Positions 1 through 12,607 of a stretch of 64,000 nt of DNA are shown piece by piece; positions within the stretch are counted from its first letter, which is position 1; every line of letters starts with the position of its first letter. Made by a program: the position numbers and the translations under genes. Where the stretch lies: contig NC_135883.1 of NCBI RefSeq assembly GCF_964194155.1, forward strand, positions 75,020,001-75,084,000, in the 5' to 3' direction. A model generated the notes under the pieces. It was given only the letters and a program-made list of their open reading frames with translations. It had not been told where the DNA came from and did not search any database. The DNA comes from Cetorhinus maximus. Lineage: Eukaryota.

Positions 1-925
1 CACTGCTGACCTTACGATGGAGGAGAGGACTTGATGAAGCAGCTGAAGATGGTTGGGCCTACCCTGAGGAACTCCTGCAGCGATGTCCTGGGACTGAGAT
101 GATTGGCTTCCGATAACCACAACCATCTTCCTTTGTGCAAGGTATGATTCCAACCAGTGGAGATTTCCCATCGATTCCCATTGACTTCAACTTTGCTTAG
201 ACTCCTTAATGCCAAACCCAGTCAAATGTTGTCTTGACATCAAGGGCAGTCACTCTCACCTCCTGTCTAGAGTTCAGTCCTGTTGCCCATGTCTGGACTA
301 AGGCTGTAATGAAATCAGGAGCCAAGTGGCCATGGCAGAACCCAAAACTGGGCATCAATGAGCTGGCTATTTGTGTGTAAGTTCTGTTTGATAGCACTGT
401 CAACGACACCTTCCATCACTTTGCTGATGATCAAGTGGAGGCTGATAAAGCAGCAATTGGCCGGATTGGATTTGTTCTGCATTTTGTGGACAGGATATAC
501 CAGTGCTATTTTCCACATTGTCGAGTAGATGCCTGTGTTGTAGCTTGACTAGGTGCATGGCTAGTTCTGGAGCGCAAATCTTCAGTCCTAATGCTGGAAC
601 ATTGTCATGGTCCACAGCTTCTACAGTACCCAGTGCTTTCAATCATTTCTTGATGTCACGTGGAGTGAATCAGTTTGGCTGGAGAATAGCATCTGCAATG
701 GAACCTCAGGAGGAGGCCAAGATGGATCAACTACTCAGCAGTTCTAGCTGAAGATTGGTGCAAATGCTTCAGCCTCGTCTTTTGCATTATGTGCTGTTAT
801 CTCCCATCGTTGAAGATGGGGGTATTTGTGGAAGCTCACCTCCAGTTAGATGTTTAATTATCCATCACCATTCATGGCTGGACTGCAGAACTTTGATCTG
901 ATCCATTTATTGTGGGATTGCTTGT
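1..925 (-). mobile_element. Decayed LINE (family A, CR1/L2 group), RT region
   Basis: Frameshifted peptides WKIALVYPVHK..SNPAN, VTALDVKTTFDWVWH. Confidence 0.85.
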
Positions 926-929
926 GATA

Positions 930-1065
930 GACAGACAAGGGGGATGGGGGTACAGGCAGGAAAGTGGAGTTGAGGCCACAATCATACCAGCTATGATTTT
1001 ACTGAATGGCGGAGCAGGCTGAATGGGTGAATGGCATACCCCTGCTCCTATTTCTTATGATCTCA
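930..1065 (+). mobile_element. CR1-type LINE (family B) 3' tail
   Basis: ggcggagcaggct...cctgctcctatttcttatg tail, shared with copies ending at ~5470, ~50735 and ~51870. Confidence 0.75.
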
Positions 1066-1442
1066 TTAAAAGGATGGGGAATAATTGGTCCAGGGCTACT
1101 TCAACCCCATTTTCAAATTATACCTTCTTTTATTGATTTTATATTTCAATTCTAGATTCCTGAACTACAGTTATAATGGAAACTATTTATGTAAAGTCAT
1201 AAGGCAACTGTGCCCCACTGGGATACTGCGTAATTGCAGCCTGACAAGTTTTGCATGGACAATTTCCATTATAAAAGTGGACACTGGAATTTATAGTGAA
1301 AAAAAAGTGATCAGGAAGTGCATAGTTATACAATTAGAACATGCACACATCTCTTATTAAATATCATATGTAGTTCACATGATCAATTTCCTGATTTAGC
1401 TGACGTATCAGAACTAGGCATCAACAGAAAAAAAGAACTTAC

Positions 1443-1648
1443 TCTACTGATGGCTGTGCATGTTCAGTGATAACCTTGACATAGGACCTGGGAAACCAGC
1501 CCTTTCCACCACGAACCTCTCCAAACCACCAATTGTCCTGTTGTTCCAGGACATCAATGACATCATCTTTTGAGAAATTCAAATGATTCTCTTTCTTTGC
1601 CGTCCACGAACAAAGTGCCAGTGCCTTAAAAGCTTTTATATTTTCAAC
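1443..1648 (-). CDS. ITSN2: ITSN2 exon, SH3B ([60 protein letters not shown]...), 206 nt
   Basis: tag acceptor, gtaagt donor, phase 0 to 2. Confidence 0.95.
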
Positions 1649-2129
1649 CTAAAAAAGTTGAATTTTTTAACAACTTATTTAGGGGTGTTTCCCATATAAC
1701 AAAATAAAAACATTAGAACAATGACACAATAAATAAAACAGTGCACCTTAAACAAAACAAAAGGAATGCAGAGACAGGTGGTGACTGTTGATCACCTGTA
1801 ATTCCAGGGGCAATATCTGTGCAGGGGTGAGCAGGATGGGAAGGAAGTGGGTGAGGTTAATCTCCAGCAGGCACACATGAAGGAAGGTTGGTGGGACAGA
1901 AGGATGGGCCAGCTGTAGCTGCTGCTCATAAGTTGGTGGCAACAGGTGTCTCAATGGGCTTAGAAGGTGCAAAGAGAGGCACGGAAGGTGGTTGTAGGTG
2001 AATTTAAGTGGCATTCGAGTTTGATAAGAGTAAAGAGGCAGAGTGGCAGATTGAGGTAGGGATTAGGAGAAGCATCATCATGCGAGGTCCTCGTCCCTCT
2101 CTACTTCTGTAATGTCCTCTAGAGGACTC

Positions 2130-2435
2130 TTACAAAAATTCTTGTGCTCTTCCAACTCTGGTATCTTGTGTATCCTCCATTCCCTTTGTTACTGACGGCC
2201 ATGCCTCGAGTCATAGAGGCCCCAAGCTCTGAAATTTCCTCCCTAAACCTTTCTGCTTCTCTCTCCTCCTTTAAGAACCTACTTTAACCCTATATCTTTA
2301 AACAAGTTTTTAGTCATCCATCCTAATATCTCATTCTTTGGCTCTTTGTCGATTTTTGTCCCATATTATTCCTGTTAAGCAACTTGGGAAATTTTCCAAT
2401 ATTAAAAGTGCCATATGGTTCAAGTTGCTGTTGTT
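2130..2435 (+). mobile_element. L2-like LINE 3' end
   Basis: Similar to 39170-39432; ends ...caagttgctgttgtt. Confidence 0.55.
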
Positions 2436-2644
2436 TAAAGGAATCACTACTGTCTGTGTAACACTGTGGGGTTAAACCATCTTGGTCCACTTAGAATGTT
2501 TTGCTGGAGTTACATAAGATCTAATTGCACTGCATTAATGTAAATATGCAAACAAGAAGTCTGTGCAGATTTTAAGTGCACATGAACAAAGTAAACAGAT
2601 CATTCCCTTCCACAAAATAGTAAGAAGGTACTAGATAGACATAC

Positions 2645-2789
2645 CTGATCATAAATAGGTGATCCAGAACCAGGAGGAAGAGTTGGAGTAAAAGCAGATT
2701 TTTGCCAAATGGGACTGCCACTAATCCCGGAGAAGGCTCGACTTGACTGAAAATTCCCTTCATCACTCACTTTACTTTGAGCATGTGGT
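2645..2789 (-). CDS. ITSN2: ITSN2 exon, SH3A-SH3B linker (PHAQSKVSDEG...IWQKSAFTPTLPPGSGSPIYDQ), 145 nt
   Basis: tag acceptor, gtatgt donor, phase 2 to 0; WQKSAFT motif. Confidence 0.9.
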
Positions 2790-3094
2790 CTATTGGAAAG
2801 GAGGAAACATATTTTTCATTATTTCAGACAACATTTCTTGAGAAAATATAGAGCATTTAACAATAATACATACGGCATGGAACTATACCTTGCATAAGAA
2901 TTATTACATTATTGGGCTATTAGTCCATTTCAGAAATCTGCAAAAAACACATAAACACTAACCTTTCCGTAACCACCTATGCACTAAGGCAGCTTCAGGC
3001 ACACTTCAATATTCCATACAGTATTATATTTCAATATTATAAATATTTATTTTAATGGGAAAATGGTAAAACAGTTTTATAGAAAGATGATGTT

Positions 3095-4310
3095 TTTATT
3101 CTTTCATAGGATATGAGCGTCGCTGGCGAGGCAACATTTGTTGCCCATCCCTAACTGCCACAGTAGTGAGCCACAGAACCACTGCAGTCCATGGGCAGAA
3201 TTTTTAGGTTGGCGGACGGGTGTGTGCCTGACCTGATCGGAAATGAAATTGCGCAAGATGATGTCAGGCGAGCATCCCAAAGTCGCACCCGTGTGAAATT
3301 TTGGTTGGCAGGTGAGTGCAAGTCAGAAGCGCACCTGCCAATAATTAAGATGTCTATTAGTGTAATTAAAGTTGCAATTGTCTCCGATTTTTCGTGGTCC
3401 GTCCAGCCTTACGGTTGGCGGACGGGTGAATTGGCCAGGCGGACTTTGCATTTTTCATGAAACCTCATCCAAAGGCGGGATGAAGTTTCCGTTATTAAAT
3501 TAAAAAAACTTAAGATCTATGGACAGCGTTTTGATCATGTATATGTTCAGGTGACTGATTGTGATGCTTAGACATTTTTCACCTGATTTTAAAACCTTTA
3601 TTTAATTGTTTTCAAGTCTTCAGCTTCCTGAGGCTGCCCTCTGCCTTCAGGGAGCTTTTATTCAGCGCTCACCCGCGCTTACTTCAGCACCTGCCCTCTT
3701 CCAGCCCCCATCCCAGCACTGCTGAGCATTTCAGCGTGCGCTTCATGCTGGCTGGCCGTTAATTGGCCGACCTAAAAATTCTGCCCCGTGTGGTTTAGGG
3801 ACATTCCATAGTGATGTTAAGAAGAGTGTTCCAGATTTTTGGCCCAGCAACAGTCAAGGAATGGTGATATAGTTCCAAGTCAGGATGGTGCGTGACTTGG
3901 ATGGGAACTTGCAGGTGTTACCATATCCTTCTAGGTGGCAGAGGTCAGAGGTTTGTAAGGTGTTGTTGAAGGAGGCTTTGCAAGTTGCTACATTGCATCT
4001 TATAGATGGTATACATGGCTGCCACTGTGTGCAGGTGCGAGAGGAAGTGAATATTTAAGGTGGTACATTGGGTGCTGATCAAGCAGGCTACTTTGTCTTG
4101 GATCATGTTGAGCTTCTTGAGTGCTGTTGGAGCTTCACTTATCTAGGCAAGTGGAGAGTATTACATCACACTCCTGAATTGTGCCTTGTAGATGGTGGAC
4201 AGCCTTTAGGAAATCAAAAGCAGAATTCCTAGCCTCTGACTTGCTCATGTTGCCAGAATATTTACATGTCTGGTCCAGTTTCTGGTCAATGGTAACCCCA
4301 GGATGTTGAT
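3095..4310 (-). mobile_element. LINE family A 3' fragment interrupted by a MITE
   Basis: Tail at ~3100; the consensus gcagtccatgtgg is split at 3192/3787. Confidence 0.8.
3193..3786. mobile_element. Harbinger-like MITE
   Basis: ~21 bp TIR gggcagaatttttaggt(t/c)ggc; flanks cat/cgt fit a mutated 3-bp TSD. Confidence 0.8.
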
Positions 4311-5139
4311 TAGTTATCCAGTCAGTTAGTGTTTGCAAGGACAGCATCACATTTATCAAATGTATTTTGTGAATAAAATGAGAAATATTAGTTAAAGCAC
4401 AGTTTTTAGTTGAATTCCTGTTCTCTTACAGTTTCATTTTTCTATTCCACTACTATTTTATTATTAAAAAGAAGAAAGAATATATTTGAGCATGAAAAGA
4501 TCTACTGCTGGTTCACTGGCTGTCCCTTTAAGCCTGGGTAAAACACATAGACACTAACTCCAACGAAAACCCTGGAGAAATGGCAGAAATGGGAAATTGT
4601 TTTCTCCAGAATTTCTTCTGATCATACATAAATTATGAAGCAGACCAGGAAACCTTGGAATAAATTCTATTTCATGGAGCTTAACAGCAAGCAAATAACC
4701 AAAAATTGTATCAAGCTAATGCAATGTGGCAATTTCTGTTTGTTATATGTCTAATTCAAACTGAAACAATGTAGGGTCATTGGAACTGATATCTACTGGG
4801 GTGGGTTTTAGGACTGGTGGGAAAGGAAACATATAGTCGGAGCTCCCAACTGACATGAAGTTTTAACAATGGAGTAGAGTGTGGTTGGGAGGATCGGGGT
4901 GGTCACAAGGGAGTGGAAACTTGTGGAGAATGGGGAGAGATTGAGTGGGGGGACTGGAGGTTGGGGGTGGGATTGAGGGAGATTGGGGAGGTGGGGGTAG
5001 GGGTATTTAACAGGGTTAGCTTCTTGAGGAAACACTCCTGCCCCCAAGCAGTGCTGTAAAAGAACTTATTGGATGGATCGGTTCTTCTTGCCTCATTTGA
5101 TCTGTTGGGTTTCCTCAGCCTTGGGAAAACACTGCCAAT

Positions 5140-5475
5140 ATTTCCCCTGGCTGAAGGGTCTAGAACTTGTGGTCACAGTCTCAGAATAAGGGGTCCACCA
5201 TTTAGGATTGAGATGAGAAGAAGTTTATTTACTTGAAGGGTTATAAACCTTTGGGTTCCCTTCCACAGAGAGCTGAGAATGCTTGATTGTTGAGTACATT
5301 CAAGTTAAAGGTGACACATTATGAAGGAAAGGTAACAAAGGAAATCAAGGAATATAGGGAGAGTGTGGGAAGGTAACTAAGGTGGCAGATCATCTATGAT
5401 TTTACTGAATAGTGGCGCAGTCTTGAGGGGCTGAATGGCCTTTCCAGCTCCTATTTCTTATGTTCTTATGTAACA
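5140..5475 (+). mobile_element. CR1-type LINE (family B) 3' fragment
   Basis: Homologous to 50410-50735; ends tttcttatgttcttatg. Confidence 0.8.
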
Positions 5476-6099
5476 TAGGTTAAAAATAGAAAAGGTTCCC
5501 TTAAAAGGGTTTCAACAATAGATCCGTCCCCTGAGAATGGATTGGTCTCCCTCTCCCCACTTTTGTTAAATTCAGAAAAGAGTGAGTTTGAGGTGCACTG
5601 GGTTCCTGTTTCAGATTTTTTAACATTTTACCTTCCCACCTGACACAAGCTCATCCACTTTGGAGGTTAAAGTTACTTCCATTTATTCAGTGTGCAATTG
5701 ACTAACACTTAATTTCTAGATTTGAGACAGCATATATTCAAAATCCAGGAAGACCCAATATCACTCCTCCAGAATATAAAAGAGGTCATAGCTTCAAATC
5801 TCAAAGAAGCAACCAGTTAGCATCCGTTTGATATTCCTTATAGGGAAGAAACACTGTGTGCATTTAAAAGCTATTTACAAAATTATTGCTTTGCATTGCT
5901 TTCTTTTTATTATTGGATCCAAGAAAAAAAGTTGTCAAATGTATATTACGTGATTAAATTATTTGCACGTGACATTTGTAAAATAAACCTGACTGATATT
6001 TCACACTTAAAGGTCTGACATGATTTTCTGCCACTTTCTTAGACTGGAATATGATCTTATGAAGTATAAGATCACTTCAGTAATTAAAAGAAATGACAG

Positions 6100-8100
6100 A
6101 GTTTGCTCCTCTCACTCACTCTAATCTATCTCCCTCTGAACTTACTCTCTCAGGTGCAATCCTAACATTGTCATCAAACCTGCTGACAAAGGCGGTGTAC
6201 TATTGTTGTCTGGCACACCAACCTTTATCTCGCAGAGGTCAAACATCAACTCTTGACACTTCGACCTACCTCAACTTGGACAATGACCCCACCACTGAGC
6301 AACAAGCAATCATCTCCAGGTCTGACCTCATCTCTTCTGGAGGACTTCCCTCTCCAGCCTCCAACCTGATAGTCCCCTAATCCTGAATAGCCTGCTTCTA
6401 CTAGCTTCCCAAGATCCACAAATAGGACAGCCATGGTAGGTCTATTGTTTAAACCTGTTCCACCTATCTCAACTTTATTTTCCTCTCCTTTTCCAGTCTC
6501 TTCCCACCTACATGTGGGACTCTTCCAATGCCTTCCATAATTTGAAACGTTTCCAATTTCCTGGCCCTAACCATCTCCTCTTTACTATTGACATCCAATA
6601 TCTACATCCTCTACCAGGGCAGTCTGGAGGTTCTCCACTTCTACCTTGAATAGAGGCGCAACCAGTCTCCATGCACCATCATCCTCCTTTGCCTCCCTGA
6701 ACTTTCACATTGAGCAACTTCTCCTTTAACTCCTCTCACTTCCTCCAAATAAAAGGTGCTATGTATACCTGCATGGATCCTAGCTATGTCTGCCCTTTGT
6801 GTGGATATGCGAGACATTCCCTGTTTCAGTTTTACCTGGGCCAGTCTCCCCACCTCTTTTTCCAGTACATCGATAACTATAATGGTGCTGTGCCCTGCTC
6901 TTGCCCTGAAATGGAAAATTTCATCAACTTTGCTTCCAATTTGCATTTTTCTCTCACCTTCATATGGTACACCTCTGACTCTTTCTTTCCCCGATTCCTC
7001 TGTCTCCATTTGTGGAGATAGTCTATCGACGAATATTCACTACAAGCCCACAGATTCTCTCAGCTACCTCAACTACACTTCCTCACACCCTGCTTCCCGT
7101 AAGGACTCCATTCCATTCTCTCAGTTTGTCTGTCTCCATTGCTTCTGCGATCATCCTCCTGCCATTTCCATCACCTCCTGTGTGATGCCATGGCCAAACA
7201 TACCTTCATTTCCCATTTCACCATTCCAGACCGTTCCCTCCCCAGCACTCAGATTCACTCCTCAATCACCCCACACCACCACTTCTTATGGTACCTTTCT
7301 ATGCCAGTGCAGTAGGTGCAGCACCTTCCCTGTACCTCCTCAACATCCAAGGCCCCAAACACTCTGTCCAGGTGAAACAACAATTTACATGTTCTTCTTT
7401 CAATCTAGTATACTGCATTCACAGCTCACATTGTGATATGCCCTATCATTGGAGAGACCAAACACAGATTGGGTGACTGCTCTATGGAGCACCTCCGTTC
7501 AATCCGCAAGCAAGACCCCTTGCTTCCAGTCGCCTGTCATTTTAATTCACCATCTTTTTCTTACACCGACCTCTCAGTCCTAGGCCTCCTGCAATGACCA
7601 ATTAAGCCCAAAGTACGCATCTCATCTTTCAATTAGGCACTCTACAGCCTTCCAGGTTCTATATTGAGTTCAACAATTTCAGACTGCAATCTCTGTCCCC
7701 ATTTTATTTTCTTTTTCTTTGCAAGTTTCAGCTTTACTCTTGTTTTTTCCTTGTTTTTACTTTCAGATGGCAGCTATTCGGAATTCTGCCATTCACACTT
7801 CGTTTAAACACGTCTTTTGTTTCTTTACTTGTCCCATTACCATTTCTTTAGCCTGCGCAACCACCTGTTTTGTCATTTAATCTCTCCTGCCTTCCACGCC
7901 ATCACAGACCTTCCCTTTTGCTCTTTTTTCACCTTCCATCCTTTCACTTGCTTGAAACCTATTACATTTCTAGTTTTCTCCACTTCTGATGAAAGTCGTT
8001 GACCTGAAATTTTATCTGTTTCTCTCACCACTGTTGCTGCCTGACCTGTTGAGTATTTCCAGCTTTTCCGTTTTTTATTTCAGGTTTGCAGTTTTGAAAC
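6100..8100 (+). mobile_element. Decayed Penelope-like element (RT plus GIY-YIG endonuclease, pseudo-LTR end)
   Basis: YKPTDSLSYLNYTSSHP..KDSIPFSQF and VKQQFTCSSFNLVYCI..GETK..LGD..EHL peptides; pLTR at ~7985-8100. Confidence 0.85.
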
Positions 8101-8400
8101 AGAGTTTGTTTCCTGGGGTACGTCAACAAAGATGAGGAACACTGTTGGAGGTAATTAATAAGCTAGGGTAAACTAGCCAAAAGGACACCAAAGCAAAACA
8201 CTATGTGGAACTGATAATTAGACAAAAGTACATTGCAAGCTTCAGTTAGAATCTCTGAAAAGAATGCTTCGCACAGGAAGATAGCACTAATATTGCAGGT
8301 GAACTATAATGGCTCAAATTGCAACTGTGTTATTATAGAGCTTGAATGCTAAAATTCAAGAAAACTTTAGTATCTTAAAATGAACAACAGAAAGACAAAC

Positions 8401-8576
8401 CCAGGGGATGTTGAGGTAGTTGAAGCAGGTTTTGAGGGTGGCAATAAAGCCCTTTTGGGGGATAAAGGAGCTTCGCTTTCTGTCATCTTCTCTACGTAGT
8501 TCATTGGGAACCAACCAGATTTGCCTCGTACAGTTCCATAGAGCCAGCCTGATTCCCCTTCAGTTGTTTCATCAAC
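8401..8576 (-). CDS. ITSN2: ITSN2 exon, SH3A C-half ([31 protein letters not shown]...STSPG), 176 nt
   Basis: cag acceptor, gtttgt donor, phase 0 to 2; GWFPxNYV motif. Confidence 0.93.
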
Positions 8577-9470
8577 CTGTGTGTTACAGAATAAAGTTAG
8601 AAGGTTCTAGAATACAATCTGGTGAGAAAACTCTCTTCTTGAATTTAAATTCCCAGCTCTTATCGCCTCACTGTCACTGGTTAGAAGAAAATATATACAT
8701 AAAAACCACACGTATACAAACTTTCAGGCATTTTAACAGAACAGGGATGGTAGGTAAGGGAAAAATTGCTGACCAGAGAAGTGCACGTAGAAGTTTTTTT
8801 AATACCTCATTTTGCTCAGCCACACCAGATAGAATGGTCTAAATGTGATTATAAATCTCTGCTGAGATAGCTGATGGTGAGAGTGCTACAAGTGACCTCA
8901 GAACCTGGACTCCTGCTTGTGATTGCTATGCAGCAAACCCTGTGGTCACTGGATGAGAGCAGGATTAAGTGTAGTGCTAATGCCTCACTTGGTTGCTGAC
9001 ACACACACATGAAGAAGGGTAAGACACCAGAGAATGCCTGGTGCCTGTGAACTATATATCAGCAAAGTTTGAAGTGCAGAAAGGAGGATAAAATTGGTTC
9101 AAAAGAGGGGAAACTTTGGCTCCAGAAACACCACGGTATATAAAAATCTTATTTCCGTTAATTTGACATCATACTCTCATAGTGCCTCTCACAAAGCAAT
9201 GAAAATGGATTTCCAAGAGCTACAAAATACTAAAATTTAGTTTCTAGGTAATTCAACATTAGAAGCCAACAGGCTTGTGTGGCAAAAGCTGTGGAAGTTG
9301 TGGGAGTTATTTAGTCAGGTAAATTTGGAGACACTGAATTTTTGGAGACCCTTATTCTATCTGGCCATAACATTTTGGTTTCACCTGGCTCTTCACTTAT
9401 CCAATGATTAGACTTATGAACACAAAATAAGATTCAAATGAACAGCTAGCTTGATTGGAAAAAAACCTAC

Positions 9471-9598
9471 CTCTATTAGATCTCCACCCTGAAAACTCAG
9501 TTCATCATTATTTCTTGCTTCAAATGAATATAATGCTCGATAACTCATCAAGATTGCAGACTTTCTAGGCAGGGAGGCTTTATTTTTGTTGACTGGCA
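9471..9598 (-). CDS. ITSN2: ITSN2 exon, SH3A N-half ([43 protein letters not shown]), 128 nt
   Basis: cag acceptor, gtaggt donor, phase 1 to 0; YRALY SH3 motif. Confidence 0.93.
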
Positions 9599-10430
9599 CT
9601 GCAGAAAATATATACACAAAATAAAATTAATTTCCTAATTGCTAGCTACATTTTTTGCTTGTTTTCTCAGCAGACACATTACCTTAAACTGTGACCAGTG
9701 GCTAATTTATAATATTGGTTAAATTCTCATTTTGGTATATAATATCAAGCAGCAAAATCTGGTCCTTTTTCTAGAAAAGGAGAATGTTGTGAGCATTGTG
9801 ATTAAGGGTTTAGGAAGTTGAATGCTGCGTAGTAATAAAGTACCATGTAGATTGTCATGTGGTTAGGGCAATGTGTTGAAATACTCTGAGTAATCTCATG
9901 AGATGATAGCATACAGGTTAATCCCCTCAATTTGCCGAGTTCCCAACATCTATTGTGCAGAAAATCAGGCATGAAGAGGGAGGGAGAAATCAAAATTGAG
10001 GAAAGCAGCTAGAAAAGCTGCAGTTGTAGAGCCCCTAATATGAAAACAATGACTATGCATGGTCAACAATCTCTACCAATAAAAGCAAAAAAGTGATTTG
10101 AGTAAAATGCTCTAAGTTACATAATGCTTTTGTTCACCTTTTTGAATTGTCTACTAAACTGAGCCCTTATGACTGGAATAGGGCATGTAATACAGAAAAA
10201 TAAATCAGATCATTTACAAAAAATTCACTAAACTTAAGTATACAAAAGCATTTTTATATGCTTGAAATGCCTGTAACAATCTTTCCCAATCAAGGCTTTG
10301 TTGCTCTGAGAAACCTAAATATTGAGCTCATGAAAGTTCTTAGCTCCATAACTATGAGCTAAAAAGACTCAAGACAGCAGGTTAGTTGCAGAATACACCA
10401 ATTTATACATGTCCATGACCAATAGCGTAC

Positions 10431-10640
10431 CAAAAGCAAAATGCTATGGATGCTGGAAAAAACAGAAAATTCTGTTTTTATGCTCAGCAAGTCTAGCAGC
10501 ATCTGTGGAGACAAAAATGCAGTTTTCAGGTTGACAACCTTTGTCAGTACCACTATCGACCTGCAACATTAACTCTATTTCTCTCTCCACAGATACTGCC
10601 AGGCCTGCTGAGTATTGTCAGAATTTTCTATTTTTATACC
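10431..10640. mobile_element. Penelope pseudo-LTR inverted pair
   Basis: ctcagca..gcagcatctgtggag arm followed by its reverse complement ctccacagatactgcc..tgctgag. Confidence 0.7.
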
Positions 10641-10982
10641 AGGTCTTGCTTGTTCATTCTACTCATCCAATGAATAATTACTAAACACAGTTAGTTAATC
10701 CAATATTAGGAGAGTGAAAGTGTGTTCTTGCATAAAATTTTCCTAAAAAATACTCAGTGGGAAGAAAGCGCAAATGGATAAGTTAATAGCCCTGACAACA
10801 TGTTCGCTAGCTGGTAAAGAAAATTCCTAGAATCCATAATGTGAGAGAAAATTAGTGAACATTTAGAAAGGAAGTTGCCACTGATTTATGAAAGACTGTT
10901 GCCTTGGATAAAAATTAAGTTTTTTAAAGAAGCGACTGAATGAATGAATTTGTGTATGACTCTTCAGGAGGAATGCAATAAG

Positions 10983-11512
10983 GGGCAGCATTTTCCCGTC
11001 GGTGAGTGGGGGGGCGAGGCCCGCTCGCTGACGCGTAAAATGACACCCGGTGACGTCAGGCGGGCATCCCAACATCACCGCACGTCATTTAGATTTTCAG
11101 TTCGCCGAACTGTCAAAGGCCTATTAAGGCCAATTAAATCCTAATTAACTCAATTTAACGAGCTGCCCGTCCAACCTTAAGGTTGGCGGGCAGGCGAAGA
11201 GCCCAGGCGGTCTTCGCATTTTTCATGAAACCTCATCCACGGGCGGGATGAGGTTTCATGAACTGTTTTAAAATCTAATAAAAATTTATACATTTATTCT
11301 TTGACATGTCCCAACTGATGTGATAGTGTCACATGAGGGGACATGTTTTAAAAGTTTAAAAACCCTTTATTTAAAAGTTTAACACTGAAACAAATCTCCC
11401 TGAGACACCTCGGAAAGAGCACATGGAACCACTCAGGGAATCCCCCACCGCCCGCAGAGGGAGCGCTCAGCGCTTACGGATGCGCGTCATGATGGGCGGG
11501 AAATTTCTGGCC
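10983..11512. mobile_element. Harbinger-like MITE
   Basis: TIR gggcagcattttcccg / cgggaaatttctggcc; exact 3-bp TSD aag at 10980-10982 and 11513-11515. Confidence 0.8.
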
Positions 11513-11744
11513 AAGGTATCTTATAAAAGTTGGCTTGTTACTAGAAAGAGGCATATGAAATGAGAAAATGTATCAGTATGGATAGAAAGCTATGGATAGA
11601 ATGCAAAGGGTAAGGTTCAATTAGTGTCATTACTGAGTGTCATGAGTGATATTAGAAATATTGTACACCAGGGGTCTACAAACAAATCCATCCACCTTCC
11701 TCTTGTTGATGACATGAGGGGGAATTTGACAAACAGATAGAAAA

Positions 11745-12105
11745 TAAAGAACTTGCATTTATATGACAACTTTCATGATTTCAGGACATCCCAAAGCATT
11801 TCACAGCCAATGAAACAAGTTTTTTTTAAAGTGTAGTCACTGTTGTAACATAGGGAACATGGCAGTCAGTATGTGTACAGCAAAGTTCTATAAACAGCAA
11901 TGATCAGATAATCGGTTTTCATTTTTAGTGAGTGATGTCAACTGAAGTTAAATATTGGTTATGACACCAGACAAACAGCCCTACTTATCTCTGAATAGTG
12001 CCAAGATCTTTTACAACCACCCAAGAGGGAAGACATGCCCAAAAATACGCAACTCCAACTGTGCAGCACTCTCTCAGTATTGCACTATTTAATTGGATTA
12101 AATGT
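11745..12105 (-). mobile_element. Old SINE with L2-like tail
   Basis: aacttgcatttatat..catcccaaagcatttcacag resembles the L2 tails at ~54765 and ~57770. Confidence 0.5.
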
Positions 12106-12161
12106 TCATGTCTCAGAAGAGAGTACATCACACTGTTCTAGTGAGAACCTAATATATATAC

Positions 12162-12607
12162 CTTCTTTCCTTGATCCAAATGTTGGCTTATCATCAAAGT
12201 GTTTCAGTAAGTCCTTTAACTTATCTTGTACATCGGTCTTTGACTGATGTTTCTCAGACTCATCTCGTTTTATTGTTTCTTGTCTTCTCTTCTCTTCTTC
12301 TTCATGCTGGCGTTTTTCCTCTGCTTTTCTTAGAGTCTGTGCTTTCCTTTTCCCTTCTTCTTCAGCTTCTCTTTGAAGCTGTGCAAGTCTCTTTTTTTCC
12401 TCTTCTTCATGATGACGCTTCTCCTCAGCCAGCCTTTTATTTTCTGCTTCTATTTCCCTTTGCCTGGCAGCAAATGCCTCAGTTTTCTGATTTTCTTCCT
12501 CACGGATTTTGTCTTGAAGTCGTTCTTCCTCCAGCTTTTGCTGCCTTATCTCCTCTTCTCTTTTGATTTTTGATTTCCAAAGATTTTCTTTTTCTTGCTT
12601 TGCTTTT
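12162..12607 (-). CDS. ITSN2: ITSN2 long ER/K-rich exon (KAKQEKENLWKSKIKREEE...DVQDKLKDLLKHFDDKPTFGSRKE), 446 nt
   Basis: tag acceptor, gtatat donor, open for 148 codons, phase 2 to 1 as required by its neighbours. Confidence 0.88.

Noticed and set aside
4795-5680. Possible old DNA transposon (similar patch at ~12650-13160) and old SINE-like pieces at ~8800-9090 and ~22030-22410
   Set aside because: Termini and family could not be supported by eye.
6756-7436. 226-aa ORF as an intact gene
   Set aside because: Frameshifted mosaic of a Penelope relic; no intact RT ORF exists anywhere in the window.
8577-9470. ITSN1-type VKGEW neural microexon inside SH3A
   Set aside because: No matching 15-nt AG/GT-flanked sequence was seen in this intron.
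12171-12566. Plus-strand hydrophobic ORFs (also 8420-8842, 34097-34495, 54375-54830)
   Set aside because: They are antisense shadows of ITSN2 exons.
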